Notes: generated by a model from the letters alone, not told the origin. A stretch of 64,000 bases of DNA from a virus (IMGVR_UViG_3300031994_000079:1-64000), one strand, 5' to 3'. Shown: positions 17,998 through 29,800, counted from the stretch's first letter. A program made the numbers and translations.

Positions 17998-19264
17998 CCT
18001 ATCTATCAAAGATAATGTAATTCCTATGTTTGATGATGTTTTAGAGGATATTCTGGAACATAATCATGTACATTATGTTTTTAAAGGCGGCAGAGGAAGC
18101 ACCAAATCATCATTTATTTCTCTTGCAATACCTCTTCTTATTATAAAAAACCCCAATATTCACGTTGTTGTTTTTAGAAAAGTCGGGAATACCATGAAAA
18201 ACAGCGTTTGGGGACAGGTTGTTTGGGGCATAAATCGTTGGGGACTTGATAGCCTTTTTCATATACCTAAATCTATAGCAAATCCCATAATTTATAAGCC
18301 TACAGGGCAACAGATTATGTTTTTTGGCTTGGATGACCCCAATAAAGTCAAGTCTGTTAAGTTACCTTTTGGGTATATAGCAGTTACTTGGTTTGAGGAA
18401 CTTGACCAGTATGCTGGAGAAGCGGAAATTCGTAAAGTTTTGCAGTCTACCATGCGTGGTGGACCTATATTTTGGGATTTTCGTTCTTTTAACCCACCTA
18501 TTTCTAATATGAATTGGGCGAATCAGTATGCCACGGATGCTATGTCAAGAGAAAATACGCTTGTTACCAGCAATACTTATTTAGATGTACCAGAAGATTG
18601 GCTTGGGCAAGCATTTTTAGACGAAGCAGAAGACCTAAAAGAGACAAATCCACGAGCTTACGAGCATGAATATTTAGGAATACCAGTTGGAACCGGGGGA
18701 AATGTGTTTGAAAATGTCGAAGCTCTTTATATGGATGACGAACTTATAATGAGTTTTGAGAGAATTTACAGTGGAGTGGATTGGGGTTGGTATCCTGACC
18801 CATTTGCCTTTGTAAAATGTGCTTTTAATGCCAATAGACGAGACTTATATATCTTTGCAGAATTTAGAACCAACAAAATGTCAAATAAGGATACCTATAA
18901 TAAGCTGTATAATGAGCTTACTTACGGAAATGATATTCCTTTTATGCGACCAGATGAGATTGTGACCTGTGATAGTGCTGAACCTAAATCTGTTTCTGAC
19001 TATAAATCTTACGGTGGATATGGTGCCAGACCTGCTGAAAAGGGACCTGACAGCATAGTTTATTCAATGAAATGGCTACAATCACTTAATCATATTTATA
19101 TTGACCCAAATCGTTGTCCAGGTACATATAAAGAGTTTGTGGAGTATGAGTATGAAAGAGATAAAAATGATGAAGTCATAAGTGGTTATCCAGACCTGAA
19201 CAACCACAGTATAGATGCCACTCGCTATAGTCTGGAACGTTACTGGAAGAGGAGAGGGCAGTGA
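17987..19264 (+). CDS. terL: Terminase large subunit, PBSX/SPP1 family
   Basis: Walker A KGGRGSTKS, Walker B WFEE, nuclease GVDWG and NHSIDATRY. Confidence 0.97.
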   Translation: MQYNLSIKDNVIPMFDDVLEDILEHNHVHYVFKGGRGSTKSSFISLAIPLLIIKNPNIHVVVFRKVGNTMKNSVWGQVVWGINRWGLDSLFHIPKSIANPIIYKPTGQQIMFFGLDDPNKVKSVKLPFGYIAVTWFEELDQYAGEAEIRKVLQSTMRGGPIFWDFRSFNPPISNMNWANQYATDAMSRENTLVTSNTYLDVPEDWLGQAFLDEAEDLKETNPRAYEHEYLGIPVGTGGNVFENVEALYMDDELIMSFERIYSGVDWGWYPDPFAFVKCAFNANRRDLYIFAEFRTNKMSNKDTYNKLYNELTYGNDIPFMRPDEIVTCDSAEPKSVSDYKSYGGYGARPAEKGPDSIVYSMKWLQSLNHIYIDPNRCPGTYKEFVEYEYERDKNDEVISGYPDLNNHSIDATRYSLERYWKRRGQ

Positions 19265-19330
19265 TTGTCCTTAGGACATATGTGTGTTATAATATATTTG
19301 GTAGTGGTAAGTATAAGAGGGAGATAAACA

Positions 19331-21214
19331 ATGAACTTTTATGACGTATGGAATAAAATTAAAGAAAGGGTAAAAGGTATGTTTGGTCCTAAAGAAATTG
19401 AAAGAGCAATAAAAGTTGCACCTACGCTATCATCAAAGATGGCAGATGCTATAACATTGTGGAGTAATATGTATGAAGATAATCCACCTTGGCTGAAAGA
19501 AGCTACAAAAGATAACCCTACAAGAGTTGTTTCTTTAGGATTACCTTCTCTTATAGCAAGTGAAAAGGCAAGACTTGCAACTCTTGAAATGGAATCAGAG
19601 ATTACCACACCTGTCAAAGAAGTTGAAAAAGAAAATCCTGATTATCAGCCGCCTTCTATTGATGAGACAACAGGTCAGATTTCAATGGGTGTTGGTGAAA
19701 CAACAATCAAAGAAGATGTACCTATCGGCAATACAGATAGAGCAGAGTTCCTCAACGAGCAATATAAAAAGCTCAAAAAACATATAAGGAGACAGCTTGA
19801 ATATGGTATTGCTAAGGGTGGTCTGGTAATTAAGCCGTATATCATGCTACATGACGATTTTAATGATGCTTCTACACGCACAGAGACAGCTCAAAATGAC
19901 GATTTAAAATCAAAGTCGATAAATACTACAATACGCAATAAAAAACTTCATTTTGACAATAATTTAGACGCTGAGACAAAGAATAAATATAAAGCTGATA
20001 TAGAATTTGATTTTATACAGGCAGATAACTTTTATCCTCTTTCTTTTGACGCAAATGGCAAGATTATTGAGGCTGCATTTATTCAGAGAAGATTGGATAA
20101 AGAATACGTTTATAGCAGACTTGAATATCATAAACTTGAAGGCAGAACTGTAACAGTAAGCAATTATGCTTATAAAAAGAATAGGACAATAGAGCTTACA
20201 AGCCCTAATAGATTAGAAGTTGATTTAGGACAAGAAGTACCGCTTTCAAGTGTACCAGAATGGGCAGATTTACAACCTACTGTGACTATTGAAGGTGTTG
20301 ATAGACTTCTTTTTGCATACTTTAAGATGCCCGAAGCTAATACAATCGACACTCATAGTCCTTTAGGTGTTAGTGCATATAGTAGAGTAGTCAATCTTAT
20401 AAAAGACGCCGACTATCAATATTCTCGTCTGTTATGGGAATATGAAGGTGGTGAATTAGCTATTGATGTTGACCGAGACGCTCTTAAACTTATTACTGAT
20501 GCTAATGGTAATGATGTTACTCGATTACCAATAATGCAGGAAAGACTGTTCAGAAAAGTAGACCTTAATGCAGAAGATACTTATAATGTATTTGCGCCAG
20601 AGTTAAGAGACACAGCTATAATAAATGGTCTTAATACGATTCTTATGAGGATAGAAGATGCAATAGGTCTTTCAAGAGGAACAATCTCAGGTGACCCTCA
20701 GTTTGTAGCTACCGAGGCTAAGACAGCTACAGAAATGAAGATATTAAAGCAGAGGAGTTATTCAACCAATGCTGACATACAGGAAGCCCTTGAAGATGCT
20801 CTTAGGGATGTTATTTATGTAATGGATGTGTATGCAACATTATATAGCGTAACTACCGAAGGTAAATATGAAGTTTCGTTTGAGTGGGATGATAGTATTC
20901 TGGTAGATGCAGAATCAGAGCTTACCAAGAGGTTATCACTTATAGATGCGGGTCTTGCCTCTAAACTTGAGGTAAGAATGTGGTACTTTGGTGAGACTGA
21001 AAATCAGGCTAAGGCAGCATTACAGAAGATTGACGAGGAGAACAAACGTGCGATTGAGACTAATATGATGGCACAGTCACAATTAGGTCAGGTAGCACAA
21101 CAGCAGTCTTTTAAAGGATTAGAAAAAGACCCAGCTACAAAGAACGCTCAATTAAAACAAGAGGGAACTGCTAAACAGACAGCACAGGCAATAAAGTCTA
21201 AAAATAACGAATAA
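19331..21214 (+). CDS. Portal protein (A118/SPP1-like)
   Basis: Follows terL; EYGIAKGGLVIKPY, SPLGVSAY, KTATE, FEWDDSILVD motifs. Confidence 0.92.
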   Translation: MNFYDVWNKIKERVKGMFGPKEIERAIKVAPTLSSKMADAITLWSNMYEDNPPWLKEATKDNPTRVVSLGLPSLIASEKARLATLEMESEITTPVKEVEKENPDYQPPSIDETTGQISMGVGETTIKEDVPIGNTDRAEFLNEQYKKLKKHIRRQLEYGIAKGGLVIKPYIMLHDDFNDASTRTETAQNDDLKSKSINTTIRNKKLHFDNNLDAETKNKYKADIEFDFIQADNFYPLSFDANGKIIEAAFIQRRLDKEYVYSRLEYHKLEGRTVTVSNYAYKKNRTIELTSPNRLEVDLGQEVPLSSVPEWADLQPTVTIEGVDRLLFAYFKMPEANTIDTHSPLGVSAYSRVVNLIKDADYQYSRLLWEYEGGELAIDVDRDALKLITDANGNDVTRLPIMQERLFRKVDLNAEDTYNVFAPELRDTAIINGLNTILMRIEDAIGLSRGTISGDPQFVATEAKTATEMKILKQRSYSTNADIQEALEDALRDVIYVMDVYATLYSVTTEGKYEVSFEWDDSILVDAESELTKRLSLIDAGLASKLEVRMWYFGETENQAKAALQKIDEENKRAIETNMMAQSQLGQVAQQQSFKGLEKDPATKNAQLKQEGTAKQTAQAIKSKNNE

Positions 21215-21373
21215 ATGTTTGCATTTTCCTTTATGTTGTAGTATATTAAATGTGTAGAGGGATTACCTCTTCAACATATCGTTCAGCATAAGAACATTTA
21301 AAAAAATGTCGTTCCAGTGGAGAGAGGCTCCACATTTAATCAAAAATCATTCAGAATGTAGGAGGAATTGAAT

Positions 21374-22054
21374 ATGGATTTTTTGAAAGCACTTTTTGAG
21401 GGCAACGAAACTGGTACTTTGACTTATGAGCAGTTCGCTTCGGCCGCTAAAGCAAGCGGAATAAAGTTGGCAGATTTGTCAAAAGGCGAATATGTGGCTA
21501 AGAAGAAGTACGAAGATGACCTAAATGGCAAAGAAACTCTTATAGCGGATTTAAATGCCACTATTGATACGAGAAACACAGACTTGAAAGCACTTCAGGA
21601 GAAACTGGACAAGGCGGGTACAGATTCTACACAGATAGAGAATCTATCTGGTGAGCTTGAAAAATTAAGAAAAGATTATGATAAGGCAACAAAGGAATAT
21701 AATTCTAAGTTGCAGAAACAGGCATATGAGTTTGCTGTAAAAGAATTTGCTGGTGAGCAGTCATTTTCAAGTAACGCCGCAAGAAGGGATTTCATCAATT
21801 CTATGCTTGCAAAGAATTTGCCAATGGAAAACGGCAATATAATGGGAGCAAAAGATTACATGGCAGAGTATGCTAAGGACAATAGTGATGCTTTTGTAGT
21901 CAAAGAGGAACCTAAGCCGAATGATAATTTGCCTAAGTTCGCAAGTAATACTACAGACCCGAATAATGCGGGAGCAAATGGCCATAAGCAGTCCCTGTCA
22001 GAACTTATGAAAGCAAAAAATGATAACCCGAGCATGATAATAAACTTCGGGTAA
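21374..22054 (+). CDS. Minor structural/scaffolding protein
   Basis: Coiled-coil protein between portal and capsid; Gp20-like. Confidence 0.8.
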   Translation: MDFLKALFEGNETGTLTYEQFASAAKASGIKLADLSKGEYVAKKKYEDDLNGKETLIADLNATIDTRNTDLKALQEKLDKAGTDSTQIENLSGELEKLRKDYDKATKEYNSKLQKQAYEFAVKEFAGEQSFSSNAARRDFINSMLAKNLPMENGNIMGAKDYMAEYAKDNSDAFVVKEEPKPNDNLPKFASNTTDPNNAGANGHKQSLSELMKAKNDNPSMIINFG

Positions 22055-22076
22055 GTTATAACAGGAGGATATTATA

Positions 22077-23435
22077 ATGGGAGAATATTTTGATTCCAAG
22101 TTGTTTAATGGAGAAGTATTCCAGAAGTACGTAGACCGTATTCCTAACGTACATCTTAACCAGCTTATTCAGTCTGGCGCTATTGTAGCAAGGCCTGAAC
22201 TTGCACAGTCAATGTCAGACCAGGTTGGTGGTAACTATCTTACAACTCCCCTTAAGGGACTGATTGGCGGAGATCCACTTAACTATGATGGTGTTACAAA
22301 CATTACGGCTACTTCAACAAAGACTTACAGCCATTCAAGAGTTGTTGCAGGTCGTGCTAAAGCATGGACAGAAAAGGACTTCTCTTATGATATTACCGGT
22401 GGTGTTGATTTCATGGAGAACGTAGCACAGCAGGTTTCTGAATACTGGACAGAGCAGGACCAGAAGACCCTTATTGCTATACTTGAGGGTGTGTTCGCTA
22501 TGGTAGATGATGCTGGTGCTGAGTTTGTAGATAAGCATACCTATGACATTTCAACTCTTACGAATAGTGAAGGTAAGACTGGTCTTATGGATGCTACAAC
22601 TCTTAATACTGGTATTCAGAAGGCATGTGGTGACCATAAGGGTAAGTTTAGTCTGGCTCTTATGCACTCAAAGGTTGCTACAAACCTTGAGAATATGAAG
22701 GTTCTTGTATACCTTAAGTACAATGATGCAAACGGCATGGAGAGGGATCTCTCAATCGCAACGCTTAACGGCAGAATGGTTATTATAGATGATGATATGC
22801 CTGTTGAGAACATTGGCACAACTGCTGGTGTTTATACAATTACAATCGGTGGTTCACCTGCTACTGGTGAGAAGTACACAGTAGATGATGCATCCTTTAC
22901 GGTTGCTTCTACTGAGACTGCTACCGCAGTCGCTACTGGACTTGCTTCTGCCCTTGGTTCAAGCACTAAGTATACCGTATCACGTGATGGTGCTGTACTT
23001 ACTCTTACAGAGAAGTCAGGACAGTATGGTGTTGGTAAGCCTGCTGTTAATGCAGAGCCTGCTTCTGGTTCTTCGTCAGTAGGTGGAACAATCACTGCTG
23101 TAACTGCTACCGCACCTGTTGTAACACCTAAGTATACAACTTATGTATTTGGACAGGGTGCAATCGAGTACACGAACTGTGGCGCTAAAGTTCCTTACGA
23201 AATGGATCGTAATCCTTATCAGAATGGTGGTGAGGACACACTTATTTCTCGTCAGAGAAAATGTTGGGCACCTTATGGAATTAGCTTCACAATGGAGAGT
23301 ATGTCAACGCTTTCACCTACCAACACAGAACTTGGTCTTGGCGTAAACTGGGAGCTTGTTAATACCGGTGGTAGTGGTAAGCTGTATATTCCTCACAAGG
23401 CTATACCTATTGCAAGACTTCTGTCTCTTGGCTGA
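22077..23435 (+). CDS. Major capsid protein with internal ~108-aa Ig-like insertion
   Basis: FDSKLFNGEVF, RAKAWTEKDF, GRMVIIDDDMPV...TTYVFGQGAI; T/A/G/S-rich insert at about 22806-23129. Confidence 0.92.
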   Translation: MGEYFDSKLFNGEVFQKYVDRIPNVHLNQLIQSGAIVARPELAQSMSDQVGGNYLTTPLKGLIGGDPLNYDGVTNITATSTKTYSHSRVVAGRAKAWTEKDFSYDITGGVDFMENVAQQVSEYWTEQDQKTLIAILEGVFAMVDDAGAEFVDKHTYDISTLTNSEGKTGLMDATTLNTGIQKACGDHKGKFSLALMHSKVATNLENMKVLVYLKYNDANGMERDLSIATLNGRMVIIDDDMPVENIGTTAGVYTITIGGSPATGEKYTVDDASFTVASTETATAVATGLASALGSSTKYTVSRDGAVLTLTEKSGQYGVGKPAVNAEPASGSSSVGGTITAVTATAPVVTPKYTTYVFGQGAIEYTNCGAKVPYEMDRNPYQNGGEDTLISRQRKCWAPYGISFTMESMSTLSPTNTELGLGVNWELVNTGGSGKLYIPHKAIPIARLLSLG

Positions 23436-23465
23436 TAGCCTATAAACATAGAAGGAGGTTTTGTC

Positions 23466-23909
23466 ATGTACCTTACATACGAAGAATATCAGGCATATGG
23501 AGGACAGTTAGACGAAACCTCCTTCAATGATTTAGAGTATGATGCTGAATCAACAGTAAATTGGTATACATTCAATCGTCTTAAAAGACCTGAATGGTCA
23601 GCAGTATTAGGGACAGAAGAATTGAAAAGATGTGTGTACCAGCTTATAAGAGTGAAACAGCTTGAATATGATTTATTGGCCGCAAGTAGCGGTGGTAATT
23701 TTGGTATAGGCTGGCAGAAAGATGCTGGTATAACTCAGGAAATGAATGATGGTGTATCAACATCTTATAATGTTCTCAGCTCAGCCGAGCTTCTTGCATT
23801 TGCAAGTGGTACAAAACCAAAGAAAGAAATTATCGACAGATACCTTGGTAGTATTGTAAATGATTTAGGTCGTAAACTGCTTTACAGAGGAATATATCCT
23901 AACGAGTGA
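23466..23909 (+). CDS. Head-tail connector (adaptor)
   Basis: MYLTYEEYQAYGG...LLYRG pattern; position after capsid. Confidence 0.85.
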   Translation: MYLTYEEYQAYGGQLDETSFNDLEYDAESTVNWYTFNRLKRPEWSAVLGTEELKRCVYQLIRVKQLEYDLLAASSGGNFGIGWQKDAGITQEMNDGVSTSYNVLSSAELLAFASGTKPKKEIIDRYLGSIVNDLGRKLLYRGIYPNE

Positions 23910-23916
23910 GGTTAAT

Positions 23917-24363
23917 ATGAATCATTATCCATCTTGGTGGGATAGAACGCTCACAGTTTACAATAAATATATAGACCCGCAAACTAAAGTAATCACTTGG
24001 CATAGGCATGTGGTTACTGATAGTTTTTGGAAATATGTGGGTGAAAAAGTAAGTGTGGGTAATACTATCTTAGAGACAAAAGATATAATTTGTCGAATAC
24101 CTGTTCGAGAAGATTTTATGGAGAAATATCTATGGAATCAGTTACCCAATGATGAAATGGACAACTACTTTACGTTAGGTGAAAATGATGTTATAATAAA
24201 TGGTGAAGTAGATGATATAGTTGATGAGTATACAACAGGTCACCGTTCATCAGATTTAGTAACCAAATACAAAGCATTACAAGGTTGTATGGTTATAAAT
24301 CGTGTAGCTATCAATGTTGGTGGTGGTAGAGGTAATGAACATTACTATGTAAAGGGTACGTAA
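23917..24363 (+). CDS. Head closure/stopper protein
   Basis: Position and TLTVYNK...W.R...; ends HYYVKG. Confidence 0.75.
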   Translation: MNHYPSWWDRTLTVYNKYIDPQTKVITWHRHVVTDSFWKYVGEKVSVGNTILETKDIICRIPVREDFMEKYLWNQLPNDEMDNYFTLGENDVIINGEVDDIVDEYTTGHRSSDLVTKYKALQGCMVINRVAINVGGGRGNEHYYVKGT

Positions 24364-24735
24364 ATGTCAGTTAGAGTTTCAGTTCCTAATTTGAATAGCC
24401 GTATCAACGCAATCACTAAAGGTACAGATGATGCAATATTGCAGGAGTTTCGCGCTAAAGGTTTAGAGATTGGCGAAGTATTTATACAGATGTGTACAAA
24501 ATATGTACCTTGGAAAACAGGTATTCTTGCAGGTAGCGGTAATGCATATGTGGAAGGTAATAGAATAAGAGTATCATGGAATAGAGAAGCTCATGGCGTT
24601 GATATAGCACAAATCCAATATTATAATGAAGATTATAAGCATGATGATTTAAGAACAGACCATTGGGATAAAGCTATGTTAGATTATGAGGGTGAAATAT
24701 TCTATGACCGAGTAGAGGATATTCTTACAAAATGA
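24364..24735 (+). CDS. Minor capsid/tail completion protein
   Basis: YVPWKTGIL.GS...AQIQYY...HWDKAM, HK97 gp10-like. Confidence 0.75.
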   Translation: MSVRVSVPNLNSRINAITKGTDDAILQEFRAKGLEIGEVFIQMCTKYVPWKTGILAGSGNAYVEGNRIRVSWNREAHGVDIAQIQYYNEDYKHDDLRTDHWDKAMLDYEGEIFYDRVEDILTK

Positions 24736-25220
24736 GTGTTGTAGAGAAAAATCAAGCTGTAATTGAATACCTAATGACTTGCCCAATAATAGCAAATAAT
24801 CCATTATTCTTTAACTTTGCTCAAAAAGAGGATAGTAATCAGTTATTTATAAGATTTGCTGATAGTATGGAAACAACAAAAGAGTATATAGATGGTTCCA
24901 AAGAGCAGATATATACTTTTACTATGATAGTCTATAAATCAGTTGCTTATAATCCTATGGTTGAAGGATTATCAGATGAAAACCTTGATGAATACATAGA
25001 CGTAATCGCAATATCCGAATGGATAGAACAGCAGAATGATAATAAAGTCTTTCCTAATTTTGGGGATGGCTATATTATAGATAGCATAGAAACTCTTACC
25101 AATGTTCCGAGTGTTAGCACTCAGCAGACAGAGAGTGATATGCAACCCGCCTTAGCTCAATACAGTCTTGGTGTTCGTATCAAATACCTTGACACAAACA
25201 AAGTTTTATGGAACTCATAG
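24732..25220 (+). CDS. Tail terminator / minor capsid protein
   Basis: Position before major tail; A118-like architecture. Confidence 0.7.
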   Translation: MSVVEKNQAVIEYLMTCPIIANNPLFFNFAQKEDSNQLFIRFADSMETTKEYIDGSKEQIYTFTMIVYKSVAYNPMVEGLSDENLDEYIDVIAISEWIEQQNDNKVFPNFGDGYIIDSIETLTNVPSVSTQQTESDMQPALAQYSLGVRIKYLDTNKVLWNS

Positions 25221-25232
25221 GAGGAATAAACA

Positions 25233-25754
25233 ATGGCAGCAACACAGTTTAATTTAGCCGCTGGTCAGAGAGCCGAGCGTAAGTTACTCATTACTGTTGC
25301 GGAGTGGACAGAAGGTTCATCACAGGTTCGTGAGATTCTTGGTACCCGTACTGAGGATTCAAGCATTGAATATAATGCTGATATTTCAACTACTACGGAT
25401 ATCAGAGGATTTAACTACACTGACCTTGAGAAGACCCAGCCTCAGCAGGCATTTGATCCGTTCTTAATCTTAGGCGGTTCAAAACTTGGTGCTTTGCTGA
25501 ACGACATAAGGCGCAGAAACGCAGTATCAGAACTCAATCAGTTTACCATGTACATTATAACCGCTTATATTGGTAATTCTACCAATGGTTATGAGGCAGA
25601 GAAGCACACGGGATGTACTATCACTTACGATTCACTCGGTGGTGATACAAAGGTTAATTTCCCTATCACAGTTTACTTCTCCAACAATAGTGTAACTGGT
25701 AAGGTTAATAAGTTGACTGATGATTTTGAGTTTACACCTGATGTTACAGTTTAA
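25233..25754 (+). CDS. Major tail protein
   Basis: LGTRTEDSSIEYN...DIRG; size and position. Confidence 0.8.
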   Translation: MAATQFNLAAGQRAERKLLITVAEWTEGSSQVREILGTRTEDSSIEYNADISTTTDIRGFNYTDLEKTQPQQAFDPFLILGGSKLGALLNDIRRRNAVSELNQFTMYIITAYIGNSTNGYEAEKHTGCTITYDSLGGDTKVNFPITVYFSNNSVTGKVNKLTDDFEFTPDVTV

Positions 25755-25775
25755 TTGAAGGAGGATGATAGTTGT

Positions 25776-26276
25776 ATGGCAGTAAATGAAGTGAACACCA
25801 AAGTAGCAGATGATATTATTGATATAGACTTGTCAGCTATAAAAAAGCAGAAATTCCGTATCAATGGTGACAATTCAAAAATATTAGAGCTTAATGTTTC
25901 AGATATGGGCCTTTTAGCGAGGTTAGATGAAGTATATCCTAAGCTAATTAAGTCTCAGGAAAAAGTAGTTACTCTTGCAGATATGGAAGAAGATGCTGAC
26001 GGTGATGCTGAAATACTGTCATCCACAGCTAAAAAACTCAAAGAGATTGACCAGGAAATGCGGGAGTATATAGACTTCATATTCCAGTCCAATGTATCTG
26101 AGGTTTGTGCTTCTGAGGGTTCAATGTATGACCCGATAGATGGTGTGTTCAGATATGAACATATTATAGAAGCACTTGCCAAACTGTATGAAAACAATCT
26201 CGATAGAGAGTTTAGTAAGATGAAGGATAGGATGAAGAAGCATACAGCCAAGTACACCAAGTCAAGAAAGAGGTAG
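25776..26276 (+). CDS. Tail assembly chaperone
   Basis: RBS AAGGAGG before ATG 25776; position between major tail and TMP. Confidence 0.75.
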   Translation: MAVNEVNTKVADDIIDIDLSAIKKQKFRINGDNSKILELNVSDMGLLARLDEVYPKLIKSQEKVVTLADMEEDADGDAEILSSTAKKLKEIDQEMREYIDFIFQSNVSEVCASEGSMYDPIDGVFRYEHIIEALAKLYENNLDREFSKMKDRMKKHTAKYTKSRKR

Positions 26277-26279
26277 TAA

Positions 26280-26873
26280 ATGTACGATTTGCCAACTTCC
26301 ATACAAATAGAAGATAGGCAATATCAGATAACAAACAATGGTGATTATAGAGTTATATTAGATTGCTTTAGTGCATTATCTGATACAGAGTTAAGCGAGG
26401 ACGAACAAGTCCTCGCTTCTCTTTTAATATTCTATAACGAGTTTACAGATTTGGAAGATATACCTCGTGATGAAGAAACACTTAAACAGCTTATCTCCGA
26501 AATGTGTAAATTCTTTAATTGCGGTCAAGAAGATTCAGTCGGTGCAAGTGCAAATGAAAAAATTATAGATTGGGAAAATGATTCAAATATTATAATACCA
26601 GCTATAAATAATGTGGCTCATGGAGAAGTTAGAGCTTTACTATATCTTCATTGGTGGACATTTATGGGTTATTATATGTCAGTTGGAGAGAGTGTTTTAT
26701 CTACAGTGGTTAGTATAAGATATAAGCTGAATAAAGGTAAAGAACTTGAAAAATGGGAAAGAGAGTTTAAAAGAGACAATCCACAATACTTTAACTGGAA
26801 GAAGAAGTCGAAAGAGCAACTTGACCTTGACGAGTACGTAAAGAACCTTTGGAATAACGGAGGTATGGAATAA
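26280..26873 (+). CDS. Gp15-like tail assembly protein
   Basis: YDLPTSI...DYR...IDWENDS..II.AI...LHWWTF pattern of A118 Gp15 family. Confidence 0.85.
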   Translation: MYDLPTSIQIEDRQYQITNNGDYRVILDCFSALSDTELSEDEQVLASLLIFYNEFTDLEDIPRDEETLKQLISEMCKFFNCGQEDSVGASANEKIIDWENDSNIIIPAINNVAHGEVRALLYLHWWTFMGYYMSVGESVLSTVVSIRYKLNKGKELEKWEREFKRDNPQYFNWKKKSKEQLDLDEYVKNLWNNGGME

Positions 26874-29800
26874 TGACTGACGGATTAAGAGATATAATCA
26901 TAAAAATTGTACCCGAACTTGAGGATAAGGATTATAAAAAACATTTGCAAGAAATGGCAGATAATTCAAAATCCGCTATGGAAAAGGCTTTTCGTAATCT
27001 TGACAAAAGTGTTAGCTTAGCATTTAAAGATTTAGAAAAAGGTGTTGCTAAAGGCGATAGTGGTTGGCAAAGTCAGATACAGAATTATCTTGATACATTT
27101 AAAAGTATGCAGGATTATATGAGCAAAACTGGTTTTTTACCCAATGACGTAAATACTAAATTATACCAGGCTTATGCTAATATTGTTAAAATACATGATG
27201 AAATTATATCAGTTGGTAATGCTGCCCAAAGAAATTTAGCTGAAAGTAAACAGCAGACTGAGGAATATACTAAATGGAAAGCTGGTCTTGATGTATTAAC
27301 AAAAACTTGGACTAATATGAATGAAAAGGTTGCTCAATATGAGGATAAACTTGCTAAAGCAGAGCAAGTACAACCTCTTAAAGAGCAATTAACTGGCAAA
27401 AATGTTGACCAAAAAATACAGAACTATGCAAAGTATGTTGAAAAGATAGAGGAATATAATCAGCGTATTGCAAAATTACAAGCAGAAGCCTCTCAAGCCA
27501 GGGATTTTAGGAATCAACCTGGTCGTAATGAGGAATCAAGAGCCGCTATATTAAGGTCTATTGAGCAATTAGAATCTCAAATACATATGATTGAAAACCA
27601 GAGAGCTAATACTCAAAAAGCCATGAACTCTCTTGGTAAGGCTAATATACCTATTTTAAAACAGATATATGAATTAACTAAAGGTGATATTCGTAGTGTA
27701 GAGCAATTGGAGAAAGAACTTGAAAAAGCGTTAGAGGCGGCTGGTAGAGCTAAAAATGAAGTTGATGCAAAGAAGTCAACCGAACCAGAACGGTACACAT
27801 ATGACTATGATAGTTATAATAAAGCTCAGGAATATGTAAAACGTCTTGTAAATGAGCTTATAGTGGCCGCTCAGAAAACAGATGAATTAAAGAAACAAGC
27901 GGATAAGACAAAAACCAGTTTTAATCAGTGGCGTAACGCTGTTTGGGCAGCTTCAAGAGTTCTTGGTAATATATATACGATAGGCCTTGATATAGCACGG
28001 GGTGCCAGAAAAATTGCTAATTTCTATATGCGAGTATGGAATACTGCTAAGAAAGTTCTTGGCGTATTAAAACAGTGGAGAAAGCATATTACTGGTACCG
28101 CTAATGAGCATAGCAAATCTTTTAAGCAGATGTTAAAGGATATTGTAAGATATTCTCTTGGTATACGTTCTCTTTTTGCACTCTTTAGAAGATTGAGAGG
28201 TTATATAAAAGAGGCTTTCTCTGCTATGGCTGAACAGATACCAGAGGTAAATGCTATGTTGGCAAGTCTTAAATCTTCTCTTTATGCTTTAAAAGGAAGT
28301 CTTGCTACAGCATTTGAACCCATACTTTCAGCTATTGCACCTGCTTTAGTTAGATTGATAGACCTACTTGCACAAGCTATTACATATATAGGAATGTTTT
28401 TTGCCGCTTTCACAGGACGTAATTTTGTGTACAAAGCTAATAAGGTAGCTCAGACTATAGGCAAAGCGGCTGGGGCTGCCAAAGAGCTTAATAAACAGTT
28501 GCAAGGTTTTGATGAGTTGAATAATCTCACTTCAAATAACGGTGGAGGTGGCGGTGGTGGAGATACACCATTAGCTCAGTTTGAAAAAGTAGATGTACCT
28601 GATTGGATAAAGAATCTTGCACAGCAGTTAAAAGACCTTTGGGACAGAATTATAAAACCTATAAAAGATGCTTGGGCAAAAGTTGGTGATTATGTAGTAG
28701 AAGCATGGAAAAGAGCTTTTAATTCTGTTAAAGATTTACTGTATGATATAGGACGAGATTTCTTAACAGTATGGGATAAAATGGGAGAGCATATATCAGA
28801 AATGTTCTTCCTTATAGTAGGTGATGTAGGTAATATTATCGCCAATATAGCCGATAAGATAAGAGAAGCATGGAACTTTGTTGAAGATGGTCAGACTGAA
28901 AGTAATGGTATAAGATTTTGGACAGCTATACTTAGTATAGTAGATGCTATATTAACTGGTGTTAGAAAAATTACTCTCGATATAAGAAATTGGACAGCGA
29001 ATATAAACATAACACCTGCCATGACAGCTTTTGTTCATTGGTTAGAATCTCTCGTACCTATAACAGAAATGGTTATGGAAATTCTTTATCAGTTCTGGGA
29101 TAGAGCATTAAAGCCTATATTAACATGGACATTTGATGGAGAAAATTCTGGTGTTGCAAGATTCTTCCAAATACTTGCCGATTTCAATGATAATCTTGAT
29201 AAAGAGAAGATAATCGAAGACCTTAATAAGATATGGGACGCTATTGGCAGATTTGGTATAAATATAGGTGAAGGTTTGCTTATATTTATGGAAAGAATGT
29301 TAGGTTATCTTTCTAATTGGCTTAATAGTGATGATTTTACACAATGGTGTCAAGATGTAGCTGATTTCTTAGACGGTCTTAAACCAGAAGATTTAGCAGA
29401 TGATTTAGAGCAAGTATGGAGAATTATAAAGAATATAGCTGAATGGACATGGAAAGCTATATCGTATGTAATAGAGCATAAAGACCAAATTTTGGATGCT
29501 TTAGAGAAAGCTTCTGAACATCTTGATGTAATCGCCGCCATATTCTTAGGTGGTAAACTTGCAATAGATGTGGCAAGATTTGCCGCTAACGTAGCCTTAG
29601 CCGCAGGTGCTTTTGGTAAGTTTGTCAGTGGTATTAGTGTGGCCGCAGGAGTAATCGGTCCTGTAGCTGCCGTAATAGCAGCCTTGGCTGTAGCTATTGC
29701 AAGTTGTGTAGCCGCCTATGGCGGTTTAGAAGGAACTATTGCTAAAATAAAATCTGTAGCTAAAGACGTATCAGATACACTTGCCAAAGTAGCAGAGAAG

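Noticed and set aside
26240-26282. Programmed -1 frameshift between the tail chaperone genes
   Set aside because: No slippery heptamer is evident, and the downstream gene has its own RBS and ATG.
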